58,057 nucleotides of DNA. Origin: Opitutales bacterium. GTDB taxonomy: Bacteria; Verrucomicrobiota; Verrucomicrobiia; Opitutales; Coraliomargaritaceae. The translations under genes and the position numbers were made by a program. The notes below the pieces were generated by a model. That model did not search any database and had not been told where the DNA came from. It worked only from the letters and a program-made list of their open reading frames with translations. The DNA is taken from assembly GCA_049598495.1 (NCBI GenBank), contig JBMYNR010000006.1, forward strand, positions 1-58,057, read 5' to 3'. Below are positions 46,933-57,830 of this stretch, one piece after another. Position 1 is the first letter of the stretch. Every line of letters starts with the position of its first letter.

Positions 46933-47481
46933 TCAATACGGCGGTGGCACCGGGCGAATATTGCCGTTGAATAGACGCCTATATATTTCGTTCTTCGCCG
47001 GTTTAACCTGTGCCAGATTGAAACTCTTGCTGGCGACGTAATATGGGCCGTAGCGGTAGGAAGCCGCAAGGAGTGGATAACTGAAACGATCGTTTTGATT
47101 AAGGTAGTCCCGACAGAACACGAGATACTCGATGGACACACGTATATTCGTTTTCCAGTCCCAGGCATGGCGATAGGGTTCATCAGAGACTTCGGCCCAT
47201 GCCTGACGCGTCAATTGCATCATGCCGCGCGCCACAGAGCTGCTCGCCCGCGCATCCAATCCACTCTCAGCCCAAGCCAAAGCATATACGAACTCTGGAT
47301 CGAGGCCTCGCGGAGGGGCCTGCTTCTGTATGTAAGACCAAACTTGCTCAGGTGATATTTGCTCCTGCCTCTCTCCCATTGTATAACGCAAAATAAGCGT
47401 CAGGATGCCCACTATGAGAGCGATTGCGAGCGCTAGCCGGAACAGAATACGCTCATCACGAAGGTAGCGAGGACCTAGCAT
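46933..47481 (-). CDS. membrane-anchored lytic transglycosylase (SLT domain)
   Basis: N-terminal TM helix; AESG, ARGMMQL, N..V..YL, ASY..GP. Confidence 0.85.
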   Translation of the reverse strand: MLGPRYLRDERILFRLALAIALIVGILTLILRYTMGERQEQISPEQVWSYIQKQAPPRGLDPEFVYALAWAESGLDARASSSVARGMMQLTRQAWAEVSDEPYRHAWDWKTNIRVSIEYLVFCRDYLNQNDRFSYPLLAASYRYGPYYVASKSFNLAQVKPAKNEIYRRLFNGNIRPVPPPY

Positions 47482-47523
47482 TTTAAATTAAAAGAAAAGG
47501 AATAATCCCCACTAGATAGTCCA

Positions 47524-48360
47524 CTAGCTCTTAAAGCGACGCCCTTTAAGACTTAGTTTTTTTGTCGGTCTTGGACGCGACAGGTTCAAGCCTGAGCGAA
47601 ACCCTAAAACATCATTAAATGGCTTTGGGAGTGGAGATTCCGCTTCGAAAGAACGCAGCTTGCCCTTAAAGCTATAATCTACAATCGTCTGCGCCGAATG
47701 AAGCATCATACGCTTAGTATCTGTGAGTGAGTAGACCTCACGATTGAAGCTAAAACTTCCATAAGTGCGGTCGCCGATAATTGGAAAGCCGTGCTTTTTA
47801 CATTGAACGCGAAGCTGGTGAGTGCGTCCTGTAACTGGCATCAATTTTAGCAACGCAATCGGTAAGCCTCCCGGAGGTGATTTCACTACCTGGTAGCGCG
47901 TCTTTGCAGAAACACGTAGGGCATCTTTAATAAAGCGTTTACCGCGCTGCACACTTTTTCTAAGCTTATCCGCCCAGACACCACTGGGAATACTAGGGAC
48001 CCCACGGACCAGCGCGTAGTATGTTTTGGTGATTTTGTGCGAGGCAAATACCCGCTTGATCGTTTCACTGATTTCTAAATTGGTCCCAATCAGAATGACC
48101 CCGGAAGTCGGTGAGTCCAGGCGATTAATCAGCCAAGCTTTTTGCTCATTACCTAATTCGTCTTTCCAGGAATAGCACTCCTGTTGCTCATTGTAATCGG
48201 CATCGAGAAGCGAGCGCTCCTTCTCATCCGAGGCGTTCGGATGTGACAAAGCACCTGCAGGTTTCTCCAGAGCGACCAAGCCGTCCTCATTGTGCGCGAG
48301 AAGACGAACCCCTTTGTTTAAGGGAAGCTGATCAACTAAACTGACTTGCTGGGCGGACAC
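47524..48360 (-). CDS. RluA family pseudouridine synthase
   Basis: KPAG, NRLDSPTSG, TGRTHQLRV, PIIGD..YG, LH. Confidence 0.93.
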   Translation of the reverse strand: MSAQQVSLVDQLPLNKGVRLLAHNEDGLVALEKPAGALSHPNASDEKERSLLDADYNEQQECYSWKDELGNEQKAWLINRLDSPTSGVILIGTNLEISETIKRVFASHKITKTYYALVRGVPSIPSGVWADKLRKSVQRGKRFIKDALRVSAKTRYQVVKSPPGGLPIALLKLMPVTGRTHQLRVQCKKHGFPIIGDRTYGSFSFNREVYSLTDTKRMMLHSAQTIVDYSFKGKLRSFEAESPLPKPFNDVLGFRSGLNLSRPRPTKKLSLKGRRFKS

Positions 48361-48421
48361 GGGTATCTAAATTCTCTGTTTTGACGGAAAGCTCAACATA
48401 GAATCTGTCTGATTTTTAATA

Positions 48422-49540
48422 CTAACGGTAGTGGAACATAATGTTCAGTGTGCGCTTCTCCCCAAAAACTTGGACCATCTCCCGCGTCCATGGCCGAAAA
48501 GGCGTGCGCTTGGTAATCGCACTCTCGCAAATCACTGTGGCAATCTCACTAGCGGTGGAACTGAGCGTCTTCACATCCTCAACGCGGCCGTCTGAAAAGA
48601 TGGTCAACTGAACATGCACCCGAGTAGCCGTATCTATTGGCTGAAAAAACTCAATCTCATGATACCAACCCGTCTGGATTGCCGCGTAGAACTGCTGCTG
48701 ATACTCGCCAAATTCACTGAACGTGGCATCAATTGCGATATTGCCCCTACGACTCGCCGATCCACGTGAGCGCATTAAGGGTCCCGTAATGAGTTCCGGA
48801 GCCAAACGCGGGCGAGCCCTCGGTTGCGGTTGAGCCTCGGTGCTACCCCCACCTCCATCGGCCACAGGAAGATTCTGTGCGTCTACCGCTGGCGGTTGAT
48901 AGACTGCAATCGGTGACTCAGGGTCAGGATTCTGGAAAATCTGAGTCGCCTCACCGATGAGATCGACTCGACTGCCGGGTCCTTCCTCGGCCACTGCTTC
49001 CTGTTGTATGAAATCAGGCGCGGGCAAGGGCTGCGCAGGTCGAGGGATCGCCGGTTCGGTCGGGCTCCCCGCTTCGCCCCCTTCGTTACCCTCTCCCTTA
49101 CCTTTGGGAGCCGCGGGCGCATACACACCGGGTTGAAGAGGCGGTACGGACACCAGAGTGCCCTGAAGGATCTTCTGAGAGTCCTCATCGCCTTCAATAT
49201 TGGGTTGGTTCAGCGCATCTTCGAGCGGGCTTAGGTCGGCCGCTTGCTGATTTCTGAATGAATACTGATTTGTCAGGTCGGGTGTATTATCCGGTGCCTC
49301 AGGATTGGCCTCGACAAAGCGCATATCATCTTGAGTGACTAAACGAATCTCATAGGTCGTCTCTTTGTTGGCATTCGCAGCATCGCCTCCCAATTGCATG
49401 ATTTGATCGGGAAGCACTAAAACCACGGCGAGATGCACTAAAATCGCCCCAAACAGTGCAATGGAGAGCGGCCACTTCGAATCTTCGAACGAGTGGGTCC
49501 AGACCGCATCTGCGCTTAATTCTATTGGAGTGCCTGTCAC
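48422..49540 (-). CDS. TonB/TolA-like protein
   Basis: Single TM helix with His, long Pro-rich linker, compact C-terminal domain (DGRV...PFRPW). Confidence 0.7.
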   Translation of the reverse strand: MTGTPIELSADAVWTHSFEDSKWPLSIALFGAILVHLAVVLVLPDQIMQLGGDAANANKETTYEIRLVTQDDMRFVEANPEAPDNTPDLTNQYSFRNQQAADLSPLEDALNQPNIEGDEDSQKILQGTLVSVPPLQPGVYAPAAPKGKGEGNEGGEAGSPTEPAIPRPAQPLPAPDFIQQEAVAEEGPGSRVDLIGEATQIFQNPDPESPIAVYQPPAVDAQNLPVADGGGGSTEAQPQPRARPRLAPELITGPLMRSRGSASRRGNIAIDATFSEFGEYQQQFYAAIQTGWYHEIEFFQPIDTATRVHVQLTIFSDGRVEDVKTLSSTASEIATVICESAITKRTPFRPWTREMVQVFGEKRTLNIMFHYR

Positions 49541-49554
49541 AGGACGGATAATCT

Positions 49555-50160
49555 CTAGGATGATTGTGAGAAACAGAACCCTAGCTTCTCAAACGTGGAC
49601 AGGAGTGCTTGAATTGGCAAGCCCATCACATTCTCCACTGAGCCATCAACCGAATCAATAATGAGTTGCCGGCCCTCCTGAATACCGTAAGCACCCGCCT
49701 TGTCCAGTGGGTTGACCTGCTCAAAATACTCTTCGATGCCCGCCGCATCCAGTGTGCGAAAGTGCACCTCGCTGCGCTCAACAAAGCAATGCTGTAAACC
49801 ACCGTCGAGCCAGTAGAGTGCGACCGCCGTATAGACCGTATGCCTGCGCCCGCTCAACATTCTTAACATCCGACGGGCGTCATCCATATCAATTGGCTTA
49901 CTTAGGATGTGTTCATCAAGTGCAACCGTCGTGTCCGAACCCAAAACCAAGGCATCGGTGAGTTCATTTGCTAAAGTCGACGCTTTTAGCCGTGCATTTT
50001 TCAAAACCATTTCTACGGGTCCATCCCTTCCCGTATCGTCTTCTTCAACATGCGTCGGTCGTATTTCAAAACTCAACCCCATACCTCTCATGAGTTCGGC
50101 ACGTCTTGGAGATGCCGAAGCCAAGTAGAGCTTGGTAGGTTTTTCAGACATGGTTGCCAT
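49555..50160 (-). CDS. maf: Maf family nucleoside triphosphate pyrophosphatase
   Basis: [32 protein letters not shown]; start at 50160 or 50151. Confidence 0.93.
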   Translation of the reverse strand: MATMSEKPTKLYLASASPRRAELMRGMGLSFEIRPTHVEEDDTGRDGPVEMVLKNARLKASTLANELTDALVLGSDTTVALDEHILSKPIDMDDARRMLRMLSGRRHTVYTAVALYWLDGGLQHCFVERSEVHFRTLDAAGIEEYFEQVNPLDKAGAYGIQEGRQLIIDSVDGSVENVMGLPIQALLSTFEKLGFCFSQSS

Positions 50161-50384
50161 TTGAGAACAGACTCCACTGCAATGATCGAACCAGCAGGCA
50201 GTCCCGCTGAGGAAAAACCCATCCCCAAGGCGGTAAGCCGGACAATAGTATTTGAGCGAAAGTCTTGTATTCTCTGAACATTGGAAAATAGTCCCTAATT
50301 CGGTCGGTAGGATGGAATATATGATACATCCAGCATGAATTCCATTTTGCAAGCCACAGTTGAATGAATCGTTTTAGAATATCC

Positions 50385-52028
50385 ATGAAAGTAGGCATTG
50401 CTCAGATAAACACGATTGTCGGCGATCTAGCCGGCAACAGAGCCTTAATTCTCCAGTCCTACAAGGAACTGGTGGCCGAGGGTGCTGATTTGGTCCTGTA
50501 TCCAGAACTTACTGTCTGCGGCTACCCGCCACGTGACCTGCTTTTTAAGAGCCGATTTGTCGCCGACACCAGGGCTACGCTCCAATCAATCGCCGAAGAG
50601 ATTCGTGAAGTTCCCGCTATCATCGGTTACGTCGAAGATCGCGACCCTCGCTCAGTGGGTCGTCCCTTCTACAATGCCGCTGCATGGTGCGAGTCGGGCT
50701 CAATTAAGATTGTTGCCCGAAAATCCCTTCTACCAAGTTACGATGTCTTTGATGAAGAACGCTACTTCGAACCAGCCGAAGCCCCGACAATCCATGAGTG
50801 GAAGGGAAAACGAATCGGGATCACCATTTGCGAGGATATCTGGAACAACCCAGAAGTGCCGACGAGTCGTCGCTACTGCGAGGATCCGCTAGCTGTCATG
50901 GCGAAAAAGCAGCTCGATTTATTGGTGAATTTGTCGGCCAGCCCATGGCACGAGGGGAAGAACGAGGCTCGGGAACCACTTGTTCGTGACGCCTCCGAAC
51001 GTTGCGGCTGCCCTGCGGTATATTGCAATGCAGTTGGTGGCAATGATGAGCTGATCTTTGATGGAGGCAGTATTGTAGCCCACCACGAACGAGGCTTAAT
51101 TGCGGGACTCGCCGCCTTCCGGGAGGATAAGCACATAGTCAATCTCGACGATCCGGCTGGATACATTTCCGAGCATTTCAACCCAAGGGGAAATGCTGCC
51201 ACCCAGGACGCTCTCGTTCTTGGTCTACGAGATTACGCACACAAGAGTGGATTCAAAAAAGGGCTCATCGGCCTCTCTGGCGGCATTGATTCAGCAGTCG
51301 TGGCCGCCTTAGCCGCAGAAGCCCTCGGGCCGGAAAATATAATCGGCATTGCCCTACCCTCCGCTATCTCCAGTCAACATAGCCGTAATGATGCAGCCAG
51401 GCTCGCAACGAACCTTGGAATTGAATATCATGAGGTCGACATCGCGCCAACGGTTGCTTCCGCAGAATCTGCACTCGGGGATCTCTTTGCTGGCCATGAG
51501 TCCGATGTCACAGAGGAAAACATTCAAGCTCGAGCACGCGGCCTCCTCCTGATGGCCATGTCGAATAAGTTTGGTGCCCTCTTGCTGACAACAGGCAACA
51601 AGAGTGAAATCTCGGTGGGCTATTGCACCCTCTATGGCGATATGTGCGGTGGTCTCGCAGTCATTTCTGACCTACCAAAAATGAAGGTCTATGCACTCGC
51701 CCGTCATATCAATTCGAAGCGTGAGGTGATCCCCCTGAATACGATTGAAAAGCCACCCTCGGCCGAGCTTCGCCTGGATCAGAAGGACGAAGACTCTCTT
51801 CCACCCTATCCCGTGCTAGACGGTATCCTCCGCCTCTACGTCGAAGAGGGACTTTCCCGAGCCGAGATCGTCGATAAGGGCTACGAGAGCGATGTCGTCG
51901 ACGACATCGTAAGGAAGGTTGATCTCAATGAATACAAACGCAAGCAGGCTGCACCCGGCCTCAAGACCACACCGCTTGCATTCGGTGTCGGACGCCGCAT
52001 ACCCATCGTCCAGAAGTATGTGAACTAG
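50385..52028 (+). CDS. nadE: glutamine-dependent NAD+ synthetase
   Basis: Nitrilase-type domain (PEL, K, ICEDIW) plus [28 protein letters not shown]. Confidence 0.96.
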   Translation: MKVGIAQINTIVGDLAGNRALILQSYKELVAEGADLVLYPELTVCGYPPRDLLFKSRFVADTRATLQSIAEEIREVPAIIGYVEDRDPRSVGRPFYNAAAWCESGSIKIVARKSLLPSYDVFDEERYFEPAEAPTIHEWKGKRIGITICEDIWNNPEVPTSRRYCEDPLAVMAKKQLDLLVNLSASPWHEGKNEAREPLVRDASERCGCPAVYCNAVGGNDELIFDGGSIVAHHERGLIAGLAAFREDKHIVNLDDPAGYISEHFNPRGNAATQDALVLGLRDYAHKSGFKKGLIGLSGGIDSAVVAALAAEALGPENIIGIALPSAISSQHSRNDAARLATNLGIEYHEVDIAPTVASAESALGDLFAGHESDVTEENIQARARGLLLMAMSNKFGALLLTTGNKSEISVGYCTLYGDMCGGLAVISDLPKMKVYALARHINSKREVIPLNTIEKPPSAELRLDQKDEDSLPPYPVLDGILRLYVEEGLSRAEIVDKGYESDVVDDIVRKVDLNEYKRKQAAPGLKTTPLAFGVGRRIPIVQKYVN

Positions 52029-52195
52029 GGATGCATATAAGGCATCAAGAAAGATGATAAAACTTGAAGCCTGATCAGAGCAAGTTATCGATTGCGCGAT
52101 ACGAGTTCATCGAACACTGGGCCTGAGCTTCATTAAGTCGTTTAGCAGAACAACATAAGTTAGCTTTCTTTCCTGATTTCCTTACCCCCGAATGT

Positions 52196-53473
52196 ATGAC
52201 TTCCTCATCTGATCTTTTTTCCCGCGCTCAGAAGCTCATTCCCGGGGGCGTTAATTCACCCGTTCGTGCTTTCCGCTCTGTTGGCGGGGCGCCCTTCTTC
52301 ACCGAACGAGCCGAAGGCGCCCATCTCTACACGGCAGACGGCGAGAAACTGATTGATTTCGTATGCACCTGGGGTCCCGCTATACATGGACATAACGACC
52401 CGGATGTGCGGGCCGCGATTGTAAAAGCACTTGAGAATGGCACCAGTTTCGGCACACCAAATCCTTACGAGGTTGAGATGGCAGAACTCATTGTCGAGTT
52501 ACTACCCTCCGTCGAAAAAGTCCGCATGTGTAACTCGGGCACAGAGGCCACCATGTCAGCAATCCGTCTCGCCCGCGGACACACGGGGCGGAGCAAGATC
52601 ATCAAGTTTGCCGGTTGTTACCATGGCCATGTGGATTCGCTACTCGTCAAGGCAGGATCCGGTGCCCTAACTCTGGGAAATCCGGACAGTGCGGGCATTC
52701 CATCCGGCTTTGCCGCAGAGACCATTGTCCTTGATTACAACGACGCTGATGGCGCGAGAGCCGCATTCGCGGAGCACGGCGATGATATCGCCGCCATCAT
52801 CGTGGAGCCCTACCCGGCCAATTGTGGCTTCATTCTTCCGGATGACGGCTACCTCGAGTTATTGCGAGAACTCTGCACCGCCAATGGCAGTGTTTTGATT
52901 TTCGATGAAGTCATGACCGGCTTTCGTCTCGCTCTTGGCGGTGTCCAGCAGCGGATTGGCATCACGCCCGATCTAACCGCGATGGGTAAGATTATCGGCG
53001 GCGGACTACCCGTGGGTGCCTTTGGGGGAAAGACTGAAATTATGGATCAGTTGGCCCCACTCGGCCCGGTGTATCAGGCAGGCACGCTAAGCGGCAACCC
53101 ATTGGCCATGGCAGCGGGGATCGCCGCGCTTAAGAAGCTTAAAGATATGAACCCCTACCCGCTCTTTGAAAAACTCGGCACGCAGATTAGGGATGCCCTG
53201 CTTGATGCAGCCAAGGAAAAGGGCCTTCCGCTGCAAGTCCCTCAAATCGGTTCTATGTTCGCGCTCTTTTTCAGCGAAACGCCTGTTCGAAATTTTAAGG
53301 ATGCCACCTCCAGTCAGACGGAACAATTTGCCAAGCTATTCAAATATGCCCTCTCCAACGGTATCTATTTGCCTCCTTCAGCCTACGAGACCTGTTTCAT
53401 TTGCACCGCTCACGACGGCATAGATATTGAAAAAGCCGCCGAAGTCCTCTCATCAGGCATTCGTGCACTCTAG
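52196..53473 (+). CDS. hemL: glutamate-1-semialdehyde 2,1-aminomutase
   Basis: [49 protein letters not shown]. Confidence 0.98.
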   Translation: MTSSSDLFSRAQKLIPGGVNSPVRAFRSVGGAPFFTERAEGAHLYTADGEKLIDFVCTWGPAIHGHNDPDVRAAIVKALENGTSFGTPNPYEVEMAELIVELLPSVEKVRMCNSGTEATMSAIRLARGHTGRSKIIKFAGCYHGHVDSLLVKAGSGALTLGNPDSAGIPSGFAAETIVLDYNDADGARAAFAEHGDDIAAIIVEPYPANCGFILPDDGYLELLRELCTANGSVLIFDEVMTGFRLALGGVQQRIGITPDLTAMGKIIGGGLPVGAFGGKTEIMDQLAPLGPVYQAGTLSGNPLAMAAGIAALKKLKDMNPYPLFEKLGTQIRDALLDAAKEKGLPLQVPQIGSMFALFFSETPVRNFKDATSSQTEQFAKLFKYALSNGIYLPPSAYETCFICTAHDGIDIEKAAEVLSSGIRAL

Positions 53474-53896
53474 TCTCACCTAATGGAGCGCCTCGAAGGC
53501 CTGCGTCACCTTTGAGGAAATATACGCTGTTTGTGATAATAGGCTCTGGCAAGCTTCCACGTAGCGGTGCGAGCCGCACAATTACAGACGAACAGGTGCA
53601 ACAGGCTGCCACAATGACCTTGGTAGAAAAGCCTGGGATGCGCCCCCACGGGAACATACACTTCACCCCGACCTACAGCTCCTGCCTCAATCCAGTCAAA
53701 GGCTTCTTCAGAATCATAACCGATAAGCAAATACGCAGAGCACCGTTCAATAGCCTCAAATCACTTCGAGAGGCGATTGACACGTTTATTCATAAATACA
53801 ATAAAGACCCGAAGCTATCCATGTGGGCTGCGGACGCCGATCTGACCATCGGGAAAGTTCAAAAATTTGTAGCGAGCTTCGCTGACACGACTCTAG
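53470..53896 (+). mobile_element. internally deleted IS630-family remnant
   Basis: ORF 53512-53934 joins an N-terminal-like piece (LPRSGASRTITDEQV...TL) to a C-terminal piece (HFTPTYSSCLNPVKGFF...IRR); CTAG at both putative ends. Confidence 0.8.
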
Positions 53897-53955
53897 TGCG
53901 TGAGTATCGGATTTCAGCGTTTGCAATTCATTAAGGTAAAATCAGTCTACTCCTT

Positions 53956-54414
53956 ATGAAAGCCAACCTCTTGTATTTGATCACTCTCCTCTCGTTTGTC
54001 ACCGGGACTTCCCTGAGTGCCCACTGCCAGGTGCCCTGCGGTATCTTCGACGACGAAGCTAAATTTGACGAATTCAATCAGCATGTGGCGACCATTGGCA
54101 AATCGACACGCCTGATTCGTGAAATTGCCGCAAAAGATCACCTCAGCGCTCTGGATCGCCAACAATTGATCCGTTGGACTTTGGAAAAGGAAGTCCATGC
54201 TCAAAAGATCATCTCGGAAACAGCCGACTATTTCCTCGCGCAACGGGTCAAGCCAGGTACGGATCATTACGCAGAAAAGCTTGAATTGCTCCATCATATC
54301 ATCGTTGAGGCAATGAAATCAAAACAGTCAGTGGAAAATGCACCCGTTGAGTCCCTTGCCAAAAAGATCGCGGCCTTCCGAAACCTCTATCTCCTCCACG
54401 ACCCGACACACTGA
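53956..54414 (+). CDS. sodN: nickel superoxide dismutase with signal peptide
   Basis: Hydrophobic leader ending SLSA, then Ni-hook HCQVPCGIF; KEVHAQKI, YFLAQRVK, KSKQ. Confidence 0.9.
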   Translation: MKANLLYLITLLSFVTGTSLSAHCQVPCGIFDDEAKFDEFNQHVATIGKSTRLIREIAAKDHLSALDRQQLIRWTLEKEVHAQKIISETADYFLAQRVKPGTDHYAEKLELLHHIIVEAMKSKQSVENAPVESLAKKIAAFRNLYLLHDPTH

Positions 54415-54724
54415 CATGCTTTGCGCAAAGGACACCCTGAAGGGCGCACGCCAACGTTTAGGATACGCAAAGCCATTATGCCGATTTATAAAATTATTGA
54501 ACCTTTCGTGCAGCGATCTTGATGAGCAACGCAAGGCGCCCAATTAGGAGGGCACCAAGTTGCATGACTGATCGAGGAACGCCACGACCTCTTCAATATC
54601 TCGTATCGAAGGACGTGGCTGAGAGTTGGGCTGGCAAGACGGATACCAATAGAATCGGGCATTGACTCCCCTTCCGCCGACTTCTGACTACCCATTTTCA
54701 CATTTAATATCTCCATTTTAACAA

Positions 54725-56566
54725 ATGAAAGACATGTCTCCGCTCGAGGAACTCCGCCACTCATGCTCGCACGTGCTCGCCACCGCGATCCTTCGGCTCT
54801 ACCCGGAAACAAAACTCGACATCGGTCCGCCCACTGAAAGCGGCTTTTACTACGACATCGACCTCGAAAAGAAGCTGGACGCCGAGGACCTCGAGGCCAT
54901 CGAGGCAGAAATGAAGACTGTGATCAAAGAGAACCAAAAGTTCGAGCGTATCGAATGTTCTCGCGAGGAGGCGATTGAGAAGATCAAGGCGATTGGCCAA
55001 GAGCGCTACAAACTCGGGCGTTTGGACGACATTCCAGCAGGCGACCAGGTCAGTTTCTACCGTAATGGTGAGTTTCTCGACCTCTGCGCGGGACCCCACG
55101 TGAACTATACGAAAAAAATTAAAGCGTTCAAACTTCTCTCCATTGCGGGCGCCTACCACCGTGGCGACGAGAACAACAAGCAACTCCAGCGCATCTACGG
55201 TACTGCTTTCGCGAGCAAGGACGAGCTTGCCCAATACCTTGAACAACTCGAACAGGCCAAAGCGCGTGACCACCGAAAACTCGGAAAAGAACTCAAGCTC
55301 TTCCATATCGACGAAGCCGTCGGTTCGGGCATGGTGCTTTGGACAGCAAACGGTGCCGTCATCCGGCAGGAATTGCAGAATTTCATCGCCGAAGAATTGC
55401 GCATGGCCGATTACGACCAGGTATTTACACCACACATCGGGAAGCTAGACCTCTACCGCACTTCAGGCCACTTCCCCTACTACAAGGATTCACAGTTCCC
55501 CCCGATTGTTGAACCCGGTACGGTCGAGCGCCTGGCTCGGGAGGGCTGCTCCTGCGCCGACCTTTCCAACCAACTCGATTCGGGCGAGATCGACGGCTAT
55601 CTACTCAAACCGATGAACTGCCCCATGCACATCAAGCTGTTTGACAGCCAGCCGCACTCCTACCGGGACCTGCCCGTCCGTCTGGCCGAGTTTGGCACTG
55701 TCTATCGCTGGGAGCAGTCCGGGGAACTCAACGGCATGACCCGTGTGCGTGGCTTCACTCAGGACGATGCGCACATATTCTGCACCGAGGATCAGATCGG
55801 TGATGAAATCAAAGGCTGCCTCGATCTTGTCAAACTTGTCTTTAAGACCCTTGGCATGACAGATTACCGTGTCCGCATCGGTCTGCGCGACCCGGACTCC
55901 ACAAAATACGTGGGCGATGCCGAAAAATGGGATAAAGCCGAAGGCGCCCTCCGTGATGCCGCCAAGACGCTCGGCGTCGATTTTATAGAAGAACCAGGTG
56001 AAGCCGCTTTCTACGGACCTAAGATCGATTTCGTTGTTAAGGATGTAATTGGACGGGAATGGCAACTTGGCACCGTACAGGTCGACTACAACCTGCCGGA
56101 ACGCTTCAAACTCAACTACATCGGCCCGGACAACGAGAAACACCGCCCGGTTATGATTCACCGCGCCCCCTTCGGATCGATGGAGCGATTCTGCGGCGTC
56201 CTTATCGAGCACTTTGCCGGTAATTTCCCAACCTGGCTCGCCCCCGAACAAGTCCGTATTCTCCCCATGAATGACGAGCTCGTGCCACAAGCCCGCGAGA
56301 TCGAAAAACTCTACAAGGCCGCCAAGATTCGAGTGACCGTCGACGCCGTGGCCGATAAGCTCGGCGCCAAGATTCGCAAGTGTCACGTCGACAAAGTGCC
56401 TCACTTCCTCGTAATCGGCCGTAAGGAGGCCGAGGACGGCCTCGTCAAGGTCAACTCCCGCACGAACAAGTCACTCGAAGGTCTCAAGAAGCCTGACGCG
56501 TTTCTGGCGGAACTCCTTCAGAACATTGCCAACAAGGCGCTTCCTGAACCAAAGGAGGAGAACTGA
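54725..56566 (+). CDS. thrS: threonine--tRNA ligase
   Basis: RHSCSH, DLCAGPH, RDHRKLG, KPMNCP, RVRGFTQDDAH, AFYGPKID, HRAPFGSMERF. Confidence 0.98.
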   Translation: MKDMSPLEELRHSCSHVLATAILRLYPETKLDIGPPTESGFYYDIDLEKKLDAEDLEAIEAEMKTVIKENQKFERIECSREEAIEKIKAIGQERYKLGRLDDIPAGDQVSFYRNGEFLDLCAGPHVNYTKKIKAFKLLSIAGAYHRGDENNKQLQRIYGTAFASKDELAQYLEQLEQAKARDHRKLGKELKLFHIDEAVGSGMVLWTANGAVIRQELQNFIAEELRMADYDQVFTPHIGKLDLYRTSGHFPYYKDSQFPPIVEPGTVERLAREGCSCADLSNQLDSGEIDGYLLKPMNCPMHIKLFDSQPHSYRDLPVRLAEFGTVYRWEQSGELNGMTRVRGFTQDDAHIFCTEDQIGDEIKGCLDLVKLVFKTLGMTDYRVRIGLRDPDSTKYVGDAEKWDKAEGALRDAAKTLGVDFIEEPGEAAFYGPKIDFVVKDVIGREWQLGTVQVDYNLPERFKLNYIGPDNEKHRPVMIHRAPFGSMERFCGVLIEHFAGNFPTWLAPEQVRILPMNDELVPQAREIEKLYKAAKIRVTVDAVADKLGAKIRKCHVDKVPHFLVIGRKEAEDGLVKVNSRTNKSLEGLKKPDAFLAELLQNIANKALPEPKEEN

Positions 56567-56639
56567 CGCTAAGCTCGCCGATGGCCTTGCCTGACTTTGA
56601 AAATGAACCCGCAAAATACGTCAGATAGGTCCTGCTTTA

Positions 56640-56793
56640 ACCGCTTATCACCGCTTATGTGAATCCTCATCCGAGCATAGCGACAAGACGGGATGCTCCG
56701 CAGACCGGAGCATTGAGGATTCAATCCGCATGAATCCCATCAGAATTTTTTCCATCAGAGTCAGATTAGAGGTCAGAAGCGGTGATCAGCGGT
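56640..56793. repeat. nested inverted-repeat element
   Basis: ACCGCTTATCACCGCTT (56640-56656) / AAGCGGTGATCAGCGGT (56777-56793) match at 16/17; inner TGAATCCTCA/TGAGGATTCA and ATGCTCCG/CGGAGCAT stems. Confidence 0.75.
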
Positions 56794-57002
56794 ATAAAAA
56801 TACGGCCCTTAAATCCTAAGCTCCTTTGCCCCATGTCCCCGAGCGTTGGGGTGGAGCAAATGTTTGTCATAACGATCAACCGAGGGCAGCGGGCCCTCGA
56901 AATACTCAAGGGCGAATAAAAGCGACATTTGCCTCCAGAACGGGGTTGATTTTTCAAATCAAAACTTACAAATTTCGATTCCATGCGGAGCTACCGCGGT
57001 TT

Positions 57003-57689
57003 ATGAGCGATCCAAATTTCGACCATTTTGAAGGCGACTGGGAAGAGTTTTCCGGTGAGCCAAACTGGAGCGAATCTCAGTGGCGGAACTACCTGAAGGG
57101 TTCCGATCGAGACACTGCTCGCTTCCTGTCAATCTACAACAGTGTGAAGGACGAGCCCAATCACCTCGACAAAGTGGCCTCACTAATGGGCTGGGACACC
57201 GAAGATATCTCAATGACGGAGGAGTTCAATTTCAGTGAACTGGAAGAGAACGAATCATCGCCGGCAGAGAACGATGGGGCTCCCTATACACTACACCGAC
57301 ATCCCGTCTTTGTTGTTTCCCGCTCACTCTACCGCTACCTCCACAAGAGCTGGGAGCACTACCTCAGCCATAGCGAGGGCCATGTTTCCGCCAAGCTTAG
57401 CTGGGACTACGCAAACAGCCTGCACCAAGCTGAAATGAATGTTTTATTGTCCATTCAAGCTCTGGATCTTGGAGATTTCGGGCTCTCTATATGCCATCTA
57501 AAAAATAGTTTGAGTGCATTGAACCAGACCTTGTCTCTTCTCAACCAAGTCGCACACCCCAATCAGTCCTTTGTTGACGGATTTCGACACGAGGCGCGTA
57601 TCCGCCTCTACGACCTGCGTGAACTCTGGATTCGAGTGATGGGTGACTGCCGGCATGAATGTCAGCGTCGCCCCGGCGAGCAGGACTAG
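57003..57689 (+). CDS. hypothetical protein (acidic N-terminus, helical C-terminus)
   Basis: 228 aa from ATG 57003 (MSDPNFDHF); protein-like composition. Confidence 0.8.
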   Translation: MSDPNFDHFEGDWEEFSGEPNWSESQWRNYLKGSDRDTARFLSIYNSVKDEPNHLDKVASLMGWDTEDISMTEEFNFSELEENESSPAENDGAPYTLHRHPVFVVSRSLYRYLHKSWEHYLSHSEGHVSAKLSWDYANSLHQAEMNVLLSIQALDLGDFGLSICHLKNSLSALNQTLSLLNQVAHPNQSFVDGFRHEARIRLYDLRELWIRVMGDCRHECQRRPGEQD

Positions 57690-57830
57690 GCAGTGCCTGC
57701 TCCTGGCTCCTCAACCGCGCTTCGCCCGCGCAGCACAAACGACCGCCCACGCCGGCGCCACTTAAAATTAGCCCAGGCCGGTGATCCATGAATTTGGATG
57801 TGACTACCCACTGGCGTAAAAGCACGAATT

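Noticed and set aside
54415..54724. T-box leader for thrS
   Set aside because: There is no T-box consensus, and a TTGACT promoter-like element lies only ~60 nt before the start.
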